A stretch of DNA of 64,000 bases from Endomicrobiales bacterium. GTDB lineage: Bacteria; Elusimicrobiota; Endomicrobiia; Endomicrobiales; CAWCFT01. The DNA lies in assembly GCA_963794945.1 (NCBI GenBank), contig CAWCFT010000004.1, positions 192,001-256,000 of the forward strand, written 5' to 3'. The first letter of the stretch is position 1. Each line of letters starts with the position of its first letter. Positions 39,582-51,112 of the stretch are shown here, piece after piece. A program made the position numbers and the translations under genes. Below the pieces are notes generated by a model. It did no database searches, was not told the DNA's origin, and saw only the letters and a program-made list of their open reading frames with translations.

Positions 39582-40842
39582 TTATATCTTTTTTATTCTA
39601 AGCCGCAATATTTTCTTTTTATCGGCGTCGACTACTTCAACTTCCAGGCTGCCCCAGCGAAGGCTCTCGCCTGCTTTCGGTATTTTTCCGAACAAATCGA
39701 GAGCCCAGCCGTTCAGTGTGTCAAAATCGTTAACGGGTAGGCCTAGGGCCAGTTCATCGTTAACTTTTTTGAGCGGTTCTCCCGCTCTAACTATCCATCC
39801 GCCCTCGGGCAGCGAAGATAGAGTTCTCCTGGATATCGTATTCGTCCCATATCTCGCCGACTATTTCTTCGACAAGGTCTTCGATAGTTGCGAGGCCCAT
39901 CGTCGACCCGAATTCGTCGACAACTATGGCCATGTGCTGATGCCCGGTCTTGAATTCCCGCAGTACCTTGTCAACTCTGGCCGAGCCCGGCACGAAGTAC
40001 GCAGGCCGTATAAGGTCATCTATAACGAACAATGACCCGCCTCTCCACGCCAAAGCAAGGTCTTTACTATAAATAATTCCGACGATATTGTCAAGATTTC
40101 CACGGTATACCGGAACCCTTGAATATTCTTTTTCTATGATCTGCCCTATTATCTGTTCAGGCGCCTGCTCAAGGTTCACGGCTGATACCTTATCGCGGGG
40201 GATCATGACCTGGCTAACCCTCGTTTTCGCGAACTCTATGATATTCTTCATCATATTTCTCGCAGGTTTCGAAAGAGGTATCGTCTCATCACTGGTCAAC
40301 AGTATCTGCAGTTCTTCCGGCTGAAGAAAAGGTTTTTCTTTCCTTGAATGCTGGCCGAACAGGCCGATTAATTTTTCCGACGCTGAAATTACGAACCCGT
40401 TAAGCCCGGTTGACGATTTTGAGAACCATACAAGAAGAGGCAGCCCGAAAACCGTGACAGCCTCTGGTTTGTAACGTGAAAATATCTTGGGCATGATATC
40501 GCCCACCACAAGGGTGAGCAGTATTGAACACAGCGAGGCCAAACCGAAAACAACCATCTTTGACATCGTGGTGTAGCCGGAGATATCCACCGTAATGGAT
40601 GTGGCGATGACGCCGTTCGCCACTAGACACAGGTTCGTGCCGATAAGGATCGATGCGAGCACCTCATTGGGCTTGGTTTCCCAGAAACTCATTGTATCTG
40701 AAAAATCCGGGGTCTCTTTCTTGATCTTTGTTATACTTATGGTCGGCAGGCTGGTAAGAGCCGTTTCCGTGCCGGCGAAAAATGCGAGCATTGCCAGCGA
40801 TATAAGGAATGCGGCTATTTTTATAACAATAATTATTATCAC
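39582..40842 (-). CDS. CNNM/CBS/CorC hemolysin-family protein; frameshift near 39820
   Basis: FFAGTETAL, GDIMPK, YSRVPVY, VVDEFG...EDLVEEIVGEIWDEYD. The CorC domain is in another frame, ending at 39582. Confidence 0.9.
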
Positions 40843-41873
40843 TGTTCCTGGCCCCTCTTTAAGTCATATTCGTCGAGTATCTCGCCCACGATGTCCTCGA
40901 GCACGTCCTCAAGCGTGACTAACCCCACGACGTTGCCCACACCGTCGGCTATGAAGGCCATATGGGTTTTACCCTTCTGGAATTCCTTAAGCAGGTCGTA
41001 AACCTTTTTATCCGGAGATACAAAATATGGAGGCCTTATTATTTCTCTTGAGAAACACTCCGAGTTTTTCTTCCAGCACCACAGCAAGTCTTTTGTGTGC
41101 ACGAACCCGGCGATCTTGTTCATGTTGGAATTGTATACCGGCACCCTGCTGCGCCCGGTTTCAACTACCAGGTCCAGGAATTTTTCTTCCGGTAAGTAGA
41201 GATTTACAGCTTCGATATTGTTTACGGGCGTCATTATCTGGCTGACGTTAAGTTCTCCGAGCTTTAACACGCGCTCCAGCATAAGGCTGGTCTCTTTGGC
41301 CAGCGCCCCCGTAGTGTTGGCCTCCATGATCAGCCCGTGTATCTCTTCGAGCGATATATAAGACAGCCTTCCCACGGGAACAAGGCTGAGCCTCGGAAAA
41401 AGGAACCTCAACGAATTCGTAAAAGGGGATATGATATAACCGGATACCTTCATGACTTTGGAGAGCGCCGGCAGGAGCGCCATCGTGACTTTTTCGGGGT
41501 TCCTCCGCGCGAATATCTTCGGCGTCATCCCGCCGATCACGAGCAGAAGAAATGAGACACCGATCCAGTCTATGAACTCTACCAGCCCGCGCGGCACAAC
41601 GCCGAATATAGGAGAGCAAACGTTCAGTATTATAACCGTCGCTAAGCTCGAGAGAATAAGGTCATTGGTTGTGTTGCCCACCAGGATCGTTGTAAGCAGG
41701 TAGTAGGGCGATTTAAGCCACTGGCCAAGCATTGAAGAAAGATGCCTGTTAAGAGCGATTAGCTTTTTGATTCTGTATTTAGAAAGGCTAGTCAGGGCCG
41801 TTTCAGCGGCTGACCAGAAAGCAGATAGGGCAAAAAGTACGACAAGGGCTACAAGGCCCGCGAACATTAGCAT
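40839..41873 (-). CDS. CNNM/CBS domain protein (no CorC domain)
   Basis: SAFWSAAETAL, TILVGN, RSRVPVY, TLEDVLEDIVGEILDEYD. Confidence 0.9.
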   Translation of the reverse strand: MLMFAGLVALVVLFALSAFWSAAETALTSLSKYRIKKLIALNRHLSSMLGQWLKSPYYLLTTILVGNTTNDLILSSLATVIILNVCSPIFGVVPRGLVEFIDWIGVSFLLLVIGGMTPKIFARRNPEKVTMALLPALSKVMKVSGYIISPFTNSLRFLFPRLSLVPVGRLSYISLEEIHGLIMEANTTGALAKETSLMLERVLKLGELNVSQIMTPVNNIEAVNLYLPEEKFLDLVVETGRSRVPVYNSNMNKIAGFVHTKDLLWCWKKNSECFSREIIRPPYFVSPDKKVYDLLKEFQKGKTHMAFIADGVGNVVGLVTLEDVLEDIVGEILDEYDLKRGQEQ

Positions 41874-41941
41874 TATTATTTTAACCGTCGATAACTTATT
41901 TTTGCAGCGCCAGCAAAGTTGTATGTCACTATATCAGCTAC

Positions 41942-42277
41942 TTAATATTTTTTAAACAGCCTATCCTGCACAGTGAACATTCTCCTGCGCTCTAGAGGCT
42001 TGTAGTCGGTATAATCCAAAAGGTGAAGAGCGCCGTGCAGAACAAGATAGCACAGCTCGGCTTCCCATGTATTGCCGACGCCTTTCGCCTGATTTTTTGA
42101 TCTGTTCCGCGATATATAGATATCGCCCCGAAGAGGTTTTTCCGAGAGGCGGAACGATATGACGTCCGTTATCCTGTTAACGCTGCGGTATCTCCGGTTA
42201 AGTTTCTTTATTTCTGCGTCGGCCACCATTACAACGTTTATCTCGCAACCGGCGGTTTTCTTCCCGAAATCCAGCAC
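41942..42277 (-). CDS. ybeY: rRNA maturation RNase YbeY (reading frame stays open upstream to about 42350)
   Basis: LNRRYR...TDVISF, GDIYIS, HGALHLLDYTD (third His position is Thr here). Confidence 0.88.
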   Translation of the reverse strand: MLDFGKKTAGCEINVVMVADAEIKKLNRRYRSVNRITDVISFRLSEKPLRGDIYISRNRSKNQAKGVGNTWEAELCYLVLHGALHLLDYTDYKPLERRRMFTVQDRLFKKY

Positions 42278-42338
42278 GGCCCCGACGGCTTTTTTAAGCC
42301 GCGAAACGTAACTCTTCGGGAAACCGTAAAGATCAATC

Positions 42339-43822
42339 TTATTTCTTTTCAGCCTTTTCCCCTTCCGGCACCTGATATTCTATCCTGGCGTGATAAATAC
42401 CTCCCAGCGTCGCTGCCATGCTTTCGGCGATGCTGCCCAGGTCGTGCAGGGTTATGGGGCATTCCGAGAACTGGCCGTCGGTGAATTTATTGTTGATGAC
42501 TTTTTCCACGGTATCTTTTAACCTTCCTGGCGTGTGCTCTTCAACTGAACGGCTCGCGGCTTCCACAGCGTCCGCTATCATGAGTATCGCGGTTTCTTTA
42601 CTCTGCGGCTTAGGGCCAGGGTAGCGAAAATTATCGGAAGTTACCTCCTTGTCCTGTTCGAGAGCTCTGTGGTAGAAATAGTGTATTAAAGATGTGCCGT
42701 GATGCTGCTCTATACAGTCCAGTATCATTTTATCGATACCATACTGCCTCGCCAGGGCCATGCCTTCTTTAACATGCGAGATGACGACAAGGCTCGACAT
42801 GGCAGGCTTGAGCGGGTCGTGAGGGTTAGCGTTCGGCTGCTGGTTTTCGATAAAATATTCCGGGTTTGAGAGCTTGCCGACATCGTGGTAGTACGCCCCT
42901 ACGCGCGCGAGCAGAGAATTCGCGCCTATAGCCTCCGCCGCCTGTTCGGCGAGCGACGCCATAATGAGAGAATGGTGGTATGTCCCGGGAGACTCGAGCA
43001 TGAGTTTTTTCAAAAGCGGCTGATTGAAATCCGCGAGTTCCAACAGTTTTATGCTCGTGGTTTTTGAAAAAAAGCTCTCAAGGAACGGCAGGACACCAAG
43101 GACCAACAATGCCGAGCTTATCCCGCTCACGGCAGCCCACATAAGGTTCATACCCAGGGTCCTTACCGGCCATAAACGGAAAAAATGAATTATCAAAACC
43201 GCGATCACGTTTATTGCCGCTATCTTGACGCCCAGTCTCGTAATATCTGAACGTTTGCGAACACTGTCCAGTGAGGCAACTGCAACGACGGTGCCGGCCA
43301 GATGGACAAAGAAGTATTCAAGGCTGAAATCGTTCAATACGCCGATTATAAGGCTAAGTATTATCCCCGTAATAAATGCAAGATTTCTCGACAACAAAAG
43401 GCCTACAAGAATAGAGAAAGCTGCCAGCGGTGTCGCTATAGGCGAAACCCACACTTTAGCAAGCTGCATAAAAAGAACAGCGCTTACAAATACCAGCCCC
43501 AACAGCATGATCGCTTCGTCGTCCGCGAGGATTTCCCTGTGAAAGCGCCTGAGATAGTTAAAGAAGAAAACGAACATCATTGCAAGGAACATGGAAAGGC
43601 CGGTGATCTTAAGCCACGAAAGTCCGATCTCGAATAGCAGCACGATAAAAAACGTGAGAATACCCCCACCAGCCACTACAAAACCCGGGAGCCTTATCTC
43701 TTTGTGCAGGAACGCTCCGCCGCGGCCCCGCGTTACAGCCGTGATCTCCGCGTCATTTTCAAGCCTTTTAAGCGCCTTGAGAAGAACGTTTCTTACTGCC
43801 TTCTTTAAAAACTGGCCGCCAT
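42339..43822 (-). CDS. 7TM-HDIG phosphohydrolase (PgpH-like); 1-nt loss in a T run near 43810
   Basis: PGTYHHS, GAYYHDVGK, YFIENQ, QHHGT, FRYPGPKPQSKE, ADAVEAA. Confidence 0.9.
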
Positions 43823-43824
43823 GA

Positions 43825-44760
43825 TTATTCCTTCTTCCACATATCGTAAGCGTTTATTATCTTTTTAACGAGGATATGGCGCACCACATCTTCCTCACTG
43901 AAACGGACGATCTTTATACCATCGACGTTAGAGAGTATCTTTTCCGCAACAACCAGCCCGGACTCCTGTTTCTTGTCCAGGTCTATCTGGGTAACATCGC
44001 CGGTAATGACCATCTGGCTCCCCGCGCCCATACGCGTGAGGAACATCTTCATTTGTTCCGGAGTAGTGTTCTGGGCCTCGTCAAGTATTATAAAGGCGTC
44101 ATCGATAGTCCTGCCCCTCATGTAGGCCAGCGGGATTATCTCGATAGTTTCTTCTTCCCGCAGGAACCGGAACCTTTCCATGCCCAGCATAAAATAGAAA
44201 GCGTCGTAGAGAGGCTTAAGGTATGGGTTTATTTTCTCGTAAAGGTCTCCTGGAAGAAATCCCAGTTTTTCACCAGCCTCTACCACCGGCCTGGTAAGCA
44301 CGATACGGTTTATCCTGCCGGAAGCAAGCGCCTCTAACGCGCACGCGACCGCGAGGAAGGTCTTACCTGTTCCCGCGGGCCCGATGGCGAACACGAGGTC
44401 ATACTTTCTGGTAAGGTCCACATATTTTTTCTGATGTTCAGAACGCGGCTTGATGCGTTTTCCCAGGTGTGTCACATAAACCGTTTCTATATCAGGTAAA
44501 GCGGGTTTCAGATTATCGGACAACTGTTTCGGCATCGTATCGTTTTTCATAGTTTTTAAATAATCAAGCTCGGCAACTGCGCTGTCTACTTTCCCTGCGG
44601 GGCCCCGCACAACAATGGAAAATTCACCGGAGCTCGCCCCCTGCCTAACAAAGATCTGCACCTTGTATGTTTCTTCGAGCTTCCTGAGTGTTTCGTCCCT
44701 CTGGCCGAGCAGGTTGACAACCTCATCTGAGTTTTTTAAAAATAGCTTTCTGGTGACCAT
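43825..44760 (-). CDS. phoH: PhoH family ATPase
   Basis: [42 protein letters not shown]. Confidence 0.93.
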   Translation of the reverse strand: MVTRKLFLKNSDEVVNLLGQRDETLRKLEETYKVQIFVRQGASSGEFSIVVRGPAGKVDSAVAELDYLKTMKNDTMPKQLSDNLKPALPDIETVYVTHLGKRIKPRSEHQKKYVDLTRKYDLVFAIGPAGTGKTFLAVACALEALASGRINRIVLTRPVVEAGEKLGFLPGDLYEKINPYLKPLYDAFYFMLGMERFRFLREEETIEIIPLAYMRGRTIDDAFIILDEAQNTTPEQMKMFLTRMGAGSQMVITGDVTQIDLDKKQESGLVVAEKILSNVDGIKIVRFSEEDVVRHILVKKIINAYDMWKKE

Positions 44761-44769
44761 GTTAAATTC

Positions 44770-44868
44770 AGTTCAAAGTTCAAAGGTTCAAATTTTAACA
44801 TCAAAACCAACACACAGTATAGCCGGCGTGATTTTACGTTAAACTCTTGATCCTTTGAACCATTAAAT
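44770..44868. repeat. Inverted heptamer arrays (GTTCAAA / TTTGAAC-like)
   Basis: GTTCAAA GTTCAAA GGTTCAA ... TTAAACT CTTGATC CTTTGAA C. Confidence 0.55.
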
Positions 44869-44872
44869 CGTT

Positions 44873-45310
44873 TTATTTCTCCGCTTCTTCACGGGGCGGT
44901 ATGATCAATATCTGTTTGGGAAATATCCTGTTCGGATTGTCTATCTGATACTTATTAGCAAGATATATTTTTTTCCACTGCCATGGATCGTTATAATATT
45001 TTCTTGCCAGGTTCCAGAGGCACTCGCGCGACTCCTGCCACAACCACACCCTGTGTATCATGTGCTGTTTAGATTTTTCTTCTTCGGGAACCGTTTTTAT
45101 TTCCGGCTTTTGTTCAGTCTCTATACCCGGCAGGCTGACTGGAGCAATGGCCGTGCTGGTGCTTACAGCCGGCATAATTTCAGGAGCGATCGGTTGATTT
45201 GATGGGACTGCGGAAGAAACGGCGTGAGCTGCGGTATTTTCTTTCTTTTGTGCCGCGAAAGCTGTCATGAAAAACAACAGGCATATCCCCGCAGCAAGAG
45301 GATAACGCAT
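44873..45310 (-). CDS. Secreted LysM-like peptidoglycan-binding protein
   Basis: Signal peptide; CLWNLARKYYNDPWQWKKIYLANK..IDNPNRIFPKQILIIP. Confidence 0.82.
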   Translation of the reverse strand: MRYPLAAGICLLFFMTAFAAQKKENTAAHAVSSAVPSNQPIAPEIMPAVSTSTAIAPVSLPGIETEQKPEIKTVPEEEKSKQHMIHRVWLWQESRECLWNLARKYYNDPWQWKKIYLANKYQIDNPNRIFPKQILIIPPREEAEK

Positions 45311-45454
45311 AATTATTCTACTCCTGTAAGCGTAAGGTTATTTAGGCTAAACACTATGATTATTAAACAAAATATACGGTCAAAAAGCAAGCATTTTCGC
45401 TGAAATTTTAGTTTTTTGGAACAGGTAATTCATGGCAGGCAAAAACATTGTCTT

Positions 45455-47249
45455 TTATTGATTTTTTTGCGGTTCGCTTGGCTGAACAGCCTTAAGCTTA
45501 ATACCCAGTTCCCTGAGTTGTTTTTCGTCAACCACTGCCGGCGCGCCAGAGAGAGGGCAGGCAGCCTTCTGTGTCTTTGGAAAAGCTATAACTTCGCGAA
45601 TGGATTCTTCACCCAGTAAAAGGGCGCACATCCTGTCAAAACCAAGCGCGAGTCCGCCGTGCGGCGGCGCGCCGAAACGGAGCGCGTCAAGTAGGAAACC
45701 GAACCTTTCTTTCGCCTCGGCTTGAGTGATATTAATAAGTTTGAATATCTTTTCCTGAACATCTTCCTTGTGGATACGTATCGACGCCGCCAAGCTCCGT
45801 GCCGTTTAGCACAACGTCATAAGCGCGGGCTTTTATCTTGCCGTACTGCGAAGTGTCTTCGCCGTCTAAGAGAGTGAGATCTTCAAGTTTTGGTGAAGTG
45901 AACGGATGGTGCATCGCGCTCCAGCGTTTTTCTTCTTTGTCCCATTCCAGCATCGGGAAATCAACTACCCAGAGGAAATTAAATTTATCTTTGTCTATAA
46001 GTTTAAGCTGTTTTCCGAGCCTCACCCTTAAGGCTCCGAGCGCCGCAGCCGAAACATTCGGCTCGTCTGCTACAAAGAGGATTATATCACCGGGCTTTGA
46101 GCCAAGCTTTTTTTGGATCGTTTCTATGTTCTCAGGGCTGAAGAATTTAACAATGTTGGATTCCGGGCCAGCCGCAGTAACCTTCATCCAGGCAAGGCCC
46201 CTTGCTCCATACTCTCCGGCGAACTTGGTAAGGTCGTCGATCTCCGAGCGTGAGAACTCCGAGCCGCCAGGCACAGTAAGCGCCCGCACAACACCGCCTT
46301 TTTTGATCGTCTCAGAGAACACCTTGAAACCGCAGCTTGCGAGCTCACCAGTAAGATCGGTTATCTCAAGGCCAAAACGGGTGTCGGGCTTGTCCGAACC
46401 GTATCTGAGCATCGACTCGGCGTACGAGAGTTTCGGGAATGGCAGGGTTATCTGGCGGCCCAGAGCCTCTTTGAATACAAGGGCTATGAGGTTCTCCACG
46501 ACTGAAATGACGTCACTCTCTTCAATGAATGACATCTCGAGGTCTATCTGCGTGAACTCCGGCTGACGGTCCGCCCTGAGGTCCTCGTCGCGAAAACACT
46601 TGACTATCTGGAAATATTTATCGAAACCCGCCACCATCAGTATCTGCTTGAAAAGCTGGGGCGACTGCGGGAGAGCGTAAAAATTCCCGTGGCTTAATCG
46701 CGAAGGCACAAGGAAGTCCCTCGCGCCTTCTGGGGTCGATTTGGTAAGGAACGGTGTTTCTATTTCGATAAAACCCTGGTTGTTAAAATAGTTGCGAACC
46801 ACCTGCATCATTTTGTGCCGGAGAATAAAGTTCTTTGCGACGTTCGGGCGCCTTAAATCAAGGTAGCGGTATTTGAGGCGCAGCTCTTCGGAGGTTTCGG
46901 TGTAATCGGATATCTCGAACGGAAGCCCCGGGCAGGCATTGATTACCTCGAGGCTTTCAACAACGAGCTCAACTTCTCCTGTGGCCATGTTCGGGTTTTC
47001 AGTTCCCGGCGGGCGAAGCCGAGTAACACCTGTTACTTTGAGGACGAATTCACTGCGGATCTTCTCGGATTGTTCGAATATATCCTTTCTTTCAGGCTGA
47101 AAAACTATCTGTACAAGGCCTTCACGGTCGCGAAGGTCAACAAAGATCACACCGCCGTGGTCCCTGCGGGAGTGCACCCAGCCGCAAAGGGTTAAGTTTT
47201 TACCTATATGTTCTTTTCTTATATTTCCGCAGTATTCTGTTCTTTGCAT
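45455..47249 (-). CDS. aspS: Aspartate--tRNA ligase; indel in the GGGSIRIH codons near 45785
   Basis: [52 protein letters not shown]. Confidence 0.97.
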
Positions 47250-47265
47250 TAGAAGTTCCTTTTAA

Positions 47266-47430
47266 TGATTACAGCGATTTAAAAACCGATTACGGCGATA
47301 AGTCAAAAGATTTTAATCTATATAATCGAAGTTTCTGCCGGAGGTGAATCCACCTTTGGCGGAAATAATCACCGTAATCATTGTTGAAATCTGTGTAATC
47401 AAGGCTGTTGATGACTTTTTCAACAGCCTC
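47266..47430. repeat. GATTAC/GTAATC inverted element with a terminal hairpin, in the aspS leader
   Basis: Homologous to 6551-6662; carries a nested CCGGAGGTGAATCCACCTTTGGCGG palindrome. Confidence 0.75.
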
Positions 47431-47444
47431 ATATTTGATACCGG

Positions 47445-47473
47445 ATTCTAGCAAAATCGGGTTAGGTAGTCAA
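47445..47473 (-). promoter_or_regulatory. sigma70 promoter for aspS
   Basis: TTGACT-N17-TAGAAT with extended TG. Confidence 0.7.
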
Positions 47474-47496
47474 CGAATTGACCCGTCAGGGATACA

Positions 47497-48906
47497 TTAG
47501 TCCACCTGCACGGCTTCCGGAGTCCAACAGCCGGGTTCGTCGTCGCACTTCTTGTAAGCGGCTTTTGATCCGCTTTTTTTCCATCTGCCGCTGGCGTAAT
47601 AGATATAGAACGCTATGGCGCCTGAAAACGCGCTTGCCAGTATGCCCAGCCATAAGCCTACTTCTCTTAATGAGGTGTAATGAGACAGGACGTAGCAGAG
47701 CGGTACGCGCAGGAATATCATACTGCAGGCTATCATGATGAATGAGCCGAAAGTGTCTCCCGCGCCTCGCAGAACACCCTGGTAAGCGAACAGGAATGCG
47801 AGCGCAACGTAACTTAGGCCCGCGACACGGAAATAGTTACGCGTAACAAACATGACGGCCGGCTCGCGTGTAAAAAGGCCTGTGATAGTATTCGGGAACA
47901 GCATCACCGCGGCGGAAAATATTAACGCAATACCTACAGAAAACACCACACCCCAGCGTGCAATCTCCGGTATGCGTTCAAGCCTGCCGGCGCCTATATT
48001 CTGCGCGGTCATCGCTGAGATAGCCGCCGTCACGGCAAAAGTGGCAAGAAATGCGAACTGGTCGACACGGCTTCCTATGCCAAAACCGGCGGTAACTGTT
48101 TGGCCGAAACCGTTAGCGAGGGAAAGTATGAATAGAAAACTTGAAGACACGATCAGCATCTGTAGGGAAAGCGGGAACCCGACCCCGATTATCCTGCGAA
48201 GCGTGTCAAAATGCGGTTTGAAGCGAAACGGAGCAACCTCGGAAAGATGGTGAGTGTCCCAAATTACAAAATAAACCGCCGCCCCAACTATATTTGATAT
48301 GATCGTAGATAGGGCCGTGCCAGCGATCCCAAGCGGCGGAAAAAAATGCGCTCCGGTAATAAGCACAGGCGCGAGTACTGCGTTAAGCACAAGCGTGACG
48401 GAAAGTATCTTAAACGGCGTCCTCGAATCGCCAGCGGCATTAAACATGGAAGCGAACCATTGGTTCAGCGAGAATAACGCCAGGCTGGCTATTATCAGCG
48501 ACAGGAAAGTGTGGGCTCCCTGAACAAGAGGCGCCGGAGTGTTAATAACTCGCAACAACAACCCGCAAAATGCCACCCCTGACACCGAAATGAACAGCGA
48601 AACAGCCGTGATCGATATGGCCGATGTTGAAACAATATCGGAAAGAAGTTCGTAGTTCTTTGAACCGAACGCCTGCCCGGCGAGGATCGCCGCGCCGACT
48701 ATTATGCCCGCCATCAGCGAAGAAAGAAAAAATATGACAGGCATACCGTTCGCAACTATCGCGACACCTGTCGAACCCAGGAGCCTTCCTGCCCACATTG
48801 CATCTATCAGCATGAGAAGCGCCTGGAGAGTGTTGCTAAGAAGCAGCGGCACCAGAAACGAGAACATGAGCCTTGACACGCTTCCTTTTGTAAAATCTTT
48901 CATCAT
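47497..48906 (-). CDS. MATE family efflux transporter
   Basis: DFTKGS, AGDSRTP, LNAVLAP, GIAGTALST, AQNIGAG, LRGAGDT. Confidence 0.93.
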   Translation of the reverse strand: MMKDFTKGSVSRLMFSFLVPLLLSNTLQALLMLIDAMWAGRLLGSTGVAIVANGMPVIFFLSSLMAGIIVGAAILAGQAFGSKNYELLSDIVSTSAISITAVSLFISVSGVAFCGLLLRVINTPAPLVQGAHTFLSLIIASLALFSLNQWFASMFNAAGDSRTPFKILSVTLVLNAVLAPVLITGAHFFPPLGIAGTALSTIISNIVGAAVYFVIWDTHHLSEVAPFRFKPHFDTLRRIIGVGFPLSLQMLIVSSSFLFILSLANGFGQTVTAGFGIGSRVDQFAFLATFAVTAAISAMTAQNIGAGRLERIPEIARWGVVFSVGIALIFSAAVMLFPNTITGLFTREPAVMFVTRNYFRVAGLSYVALAFLFAYQGVLRGAGDTFGSFIMIACSMIFLRVPLCYVLSHYTSLREVGLWLGILASAFSGAIAFYIYYASGRWKKSGSKAAYKKCDDEPGCWTPEAVQVD

Positions 48907-48919
48907 TTGAACTTTCCTG

Positions 48920-49025
48920 TGGCGACCCTGGCAGGAGCCGGAGACTCCTTAATACTGTCGCCCTCCCGGGACGAATGCGAACGCATTCCTCCCCCGTCTG
49001 AAGACGGGGGGATCAATGTCGCGGG
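48920..49025. mobile_element. Multi-hairpin element resembling an IS200/IS605 end, without a transposase
   Basis: GCATTCCTCCCCCGTCTGAAGACGGGGGGATC hairpin at 48991-49010 plus adjacent stems. Confidence 0.45.
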
Positions 49026-49041
49026 ATAAAATATAAATAAC

Positions 49042-49132
49042 AAAGCCCTTGTTGAAGAAGCAGTCGGCTCCTCTCAAACAGGGCTCTACTTTGCTTATGG
49101 AGTATTATATAAATTTATATCAATTCTTGCAA
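49042..49132 (-). promoter_or_regulatory. sigma70 promoter plus long leader hairpin upstream of the MATE gene
   Basis: TTGCAA-N17-TATAAT (49104-49132); hairpin AGAGCCCU...GAGC-CGACU-GCUU...AGGGCUUU then a U-rich run. Confidence 0.6.
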
Positions 49133-49143
49133 GGTCAAGCCGT

Positions 49144-51088
49144 TTAAATCTCTTTGTTGCCTTTCAGGAATGTCTTTTGGAACAGGGCCGATATATCGTC
49201 AGCTAGCACCTGGTTATTTGTGTCTCTTGCGATCTTGAAAAGGTTGGCCCAGGCGTTTAGGTTGCCGTGTTCCAGTTCCACCGCCTTCCTGAAGTACTCA
49301 GCAGCTTTGCCGTAATCCTTATTAGAGGCGTAATAAATGCCAAGGCTGTTAAACGTTGAAGCGTCCGGGCTTAATTGAAGGCTCTTATTGTAATAGTAGG
49401 CCGCGGCGTCTAGATTACCTTCCTGCATTAGGATATCGGCATAATTGTTAAAGGTTTCTTTGCGCGGGTTAACGACAAGCGCCCAGCGGTAATAGAATTT
49501 TGCCTTTTGACGGTCGCCGAACTTATCGCTGCAGAACGCCAAGCAAATGAAGCATATCCGCTCTCTTGTAGAGAGGATTGATGCGGCTTACTATCTCGAA
49601 ATTTTTGACGGCCTCCCTGTAATCATTCTTGACCATATATTCGATGCCCAGGTTGTAGCAAACACGGATATTCGTAGGAGCCTCTTTTACTCCATCAGTG
49701 TAAAGGCTGTATCCATTTTCGAACACGAGATTCCTTCTAAGCGACAAAGTGCCGTAACAAACTGTTATCAGCGATGCGATAAGGGTACCGGTAGTTACAC
49801 CGGCGAATATTTTGTTCTTAAATCGATCGAAAACCAAAGCGGACAGTGCAACCGCGAACCCAACCATTGGAAGGTACATATACCTGTCATTTACCGTGTT
49901 TACCAACGGGAATATATTTGAAACTGGGATATAACACGCCAGCCACAAACCAATCCCAAATCTTAAAAGCTTGTTCTTGATGAGCAAAAACGCAATAAGC
50001 ACAGCCGCAAAAATAACGACTGCCAGAAGAATATCAGGCCTTAATATAGTGTGTGTTACGTTCAGTTCATAATCAATGGAAAGCCTCGCCGGGACCAGTA
50101 AAGTCTCGCAATAATGCAGGAACGAAAGCATGATGGTTCCAAGATATGCCCCTACAGACGAGACTGGCGACAGGTTATTTTTTATATTTGGAAAAATGCA
50201 GAAATGGAGGAAGTAGTAGAACCTCCTGCCCCAAAAGAAAAATATAAAAAGTGCCGAAGTTAAAGCGCCCGTCGCGATTACAGCCATAGTCCTTTTACGG
50301 AATTTAAGCCCCGAATAAATTACCGTGTAAAAAAAGAAAACGATGACGAGGGATATCGCCGTTTCTTTAGAAAACAGGCTCAATACAAATAAAACGAAAC
50401 CGGCGCAATAATAGAAAATATTTGCTGGAAATTTTTCGCGTACGGCCTTTATAAGCGCTATCAAAGACAACATATACAGCAAAGTCACAAGAAGGTCCGC
50501 ACGGAACGAAGCTATATTTACGGCCTCGGCCTGAATAGGATGGAACGCAAAAACAAGCGCCGCGAATATCGCGGGCGCGAAGCGCCCGTTGAGGGCATCG
50601 CTTCCCACTGCTGAGCCTTCTGGGTAACCCAATAACAGCATCACAAGGAAAAATACTGCCACTGAACTCATCGCGTGAAGGAATATGTTAGTCAGATGAT
50701 ACCCGAAAGGGGACTCTTTCCATAGCTTATAATCGATGATCAGGGAGAGGACTGTCAGCGGCCTTGCGCCGCATTTAAGCGGATAGGGGTTTACCAGGTA
50801 TTTGGGGTTAAGCAGTATCTTTGCGTTCTGTCCTTGTGATATAAAATCATTATAGACGATCAGCTTATAATCATCAAGTACATAGTCGTTCCTTAGAGAC
50901 CTCATGTGCCCGACAGCCGCCGCGGAAAATATCAGGAACGCGCAAATAAGCTGTTTCTTCACAATGCTGGAGTTCTTCAGCCATTCGAAAAAGCCCGCGA
51001 AAGGCACCGTGCGAACTCCGGCGGACACCCCCGCCTGTGCGGAACCTGTGTTAGTGACCGCGTTTGCAATAGGATCAGAGGAATGCAT
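49144..51088 (-). CDS. TMTC-like GT-C glycosyltransferase with C-terminal TPRs; frameshift near 49540
   Basis: YVLDD, RPL, GYHLTNIFLH, FAFHPIQAEAV...RADLL, LSKE, DRYMYLP, then TPR repeats in two frames. Confidence 0.85.
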
Positions 51089-51112
51089 TATGGCTCCACA
51101 AAACGGAATATT

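Noticed and set aside
45770..45800. Programmed frameshift in aspS
   Set aside because: No slippery heptamer, and codons of a conserved Gly are missing; fits the window-wide indel error pattern.
51015..51050. CCGCC/GCGG mini-palindrome in the TMTC N-terminal extension as another in-frame repeat
   Set aside because: Match to the intergenic mini-hairpin is too weak.
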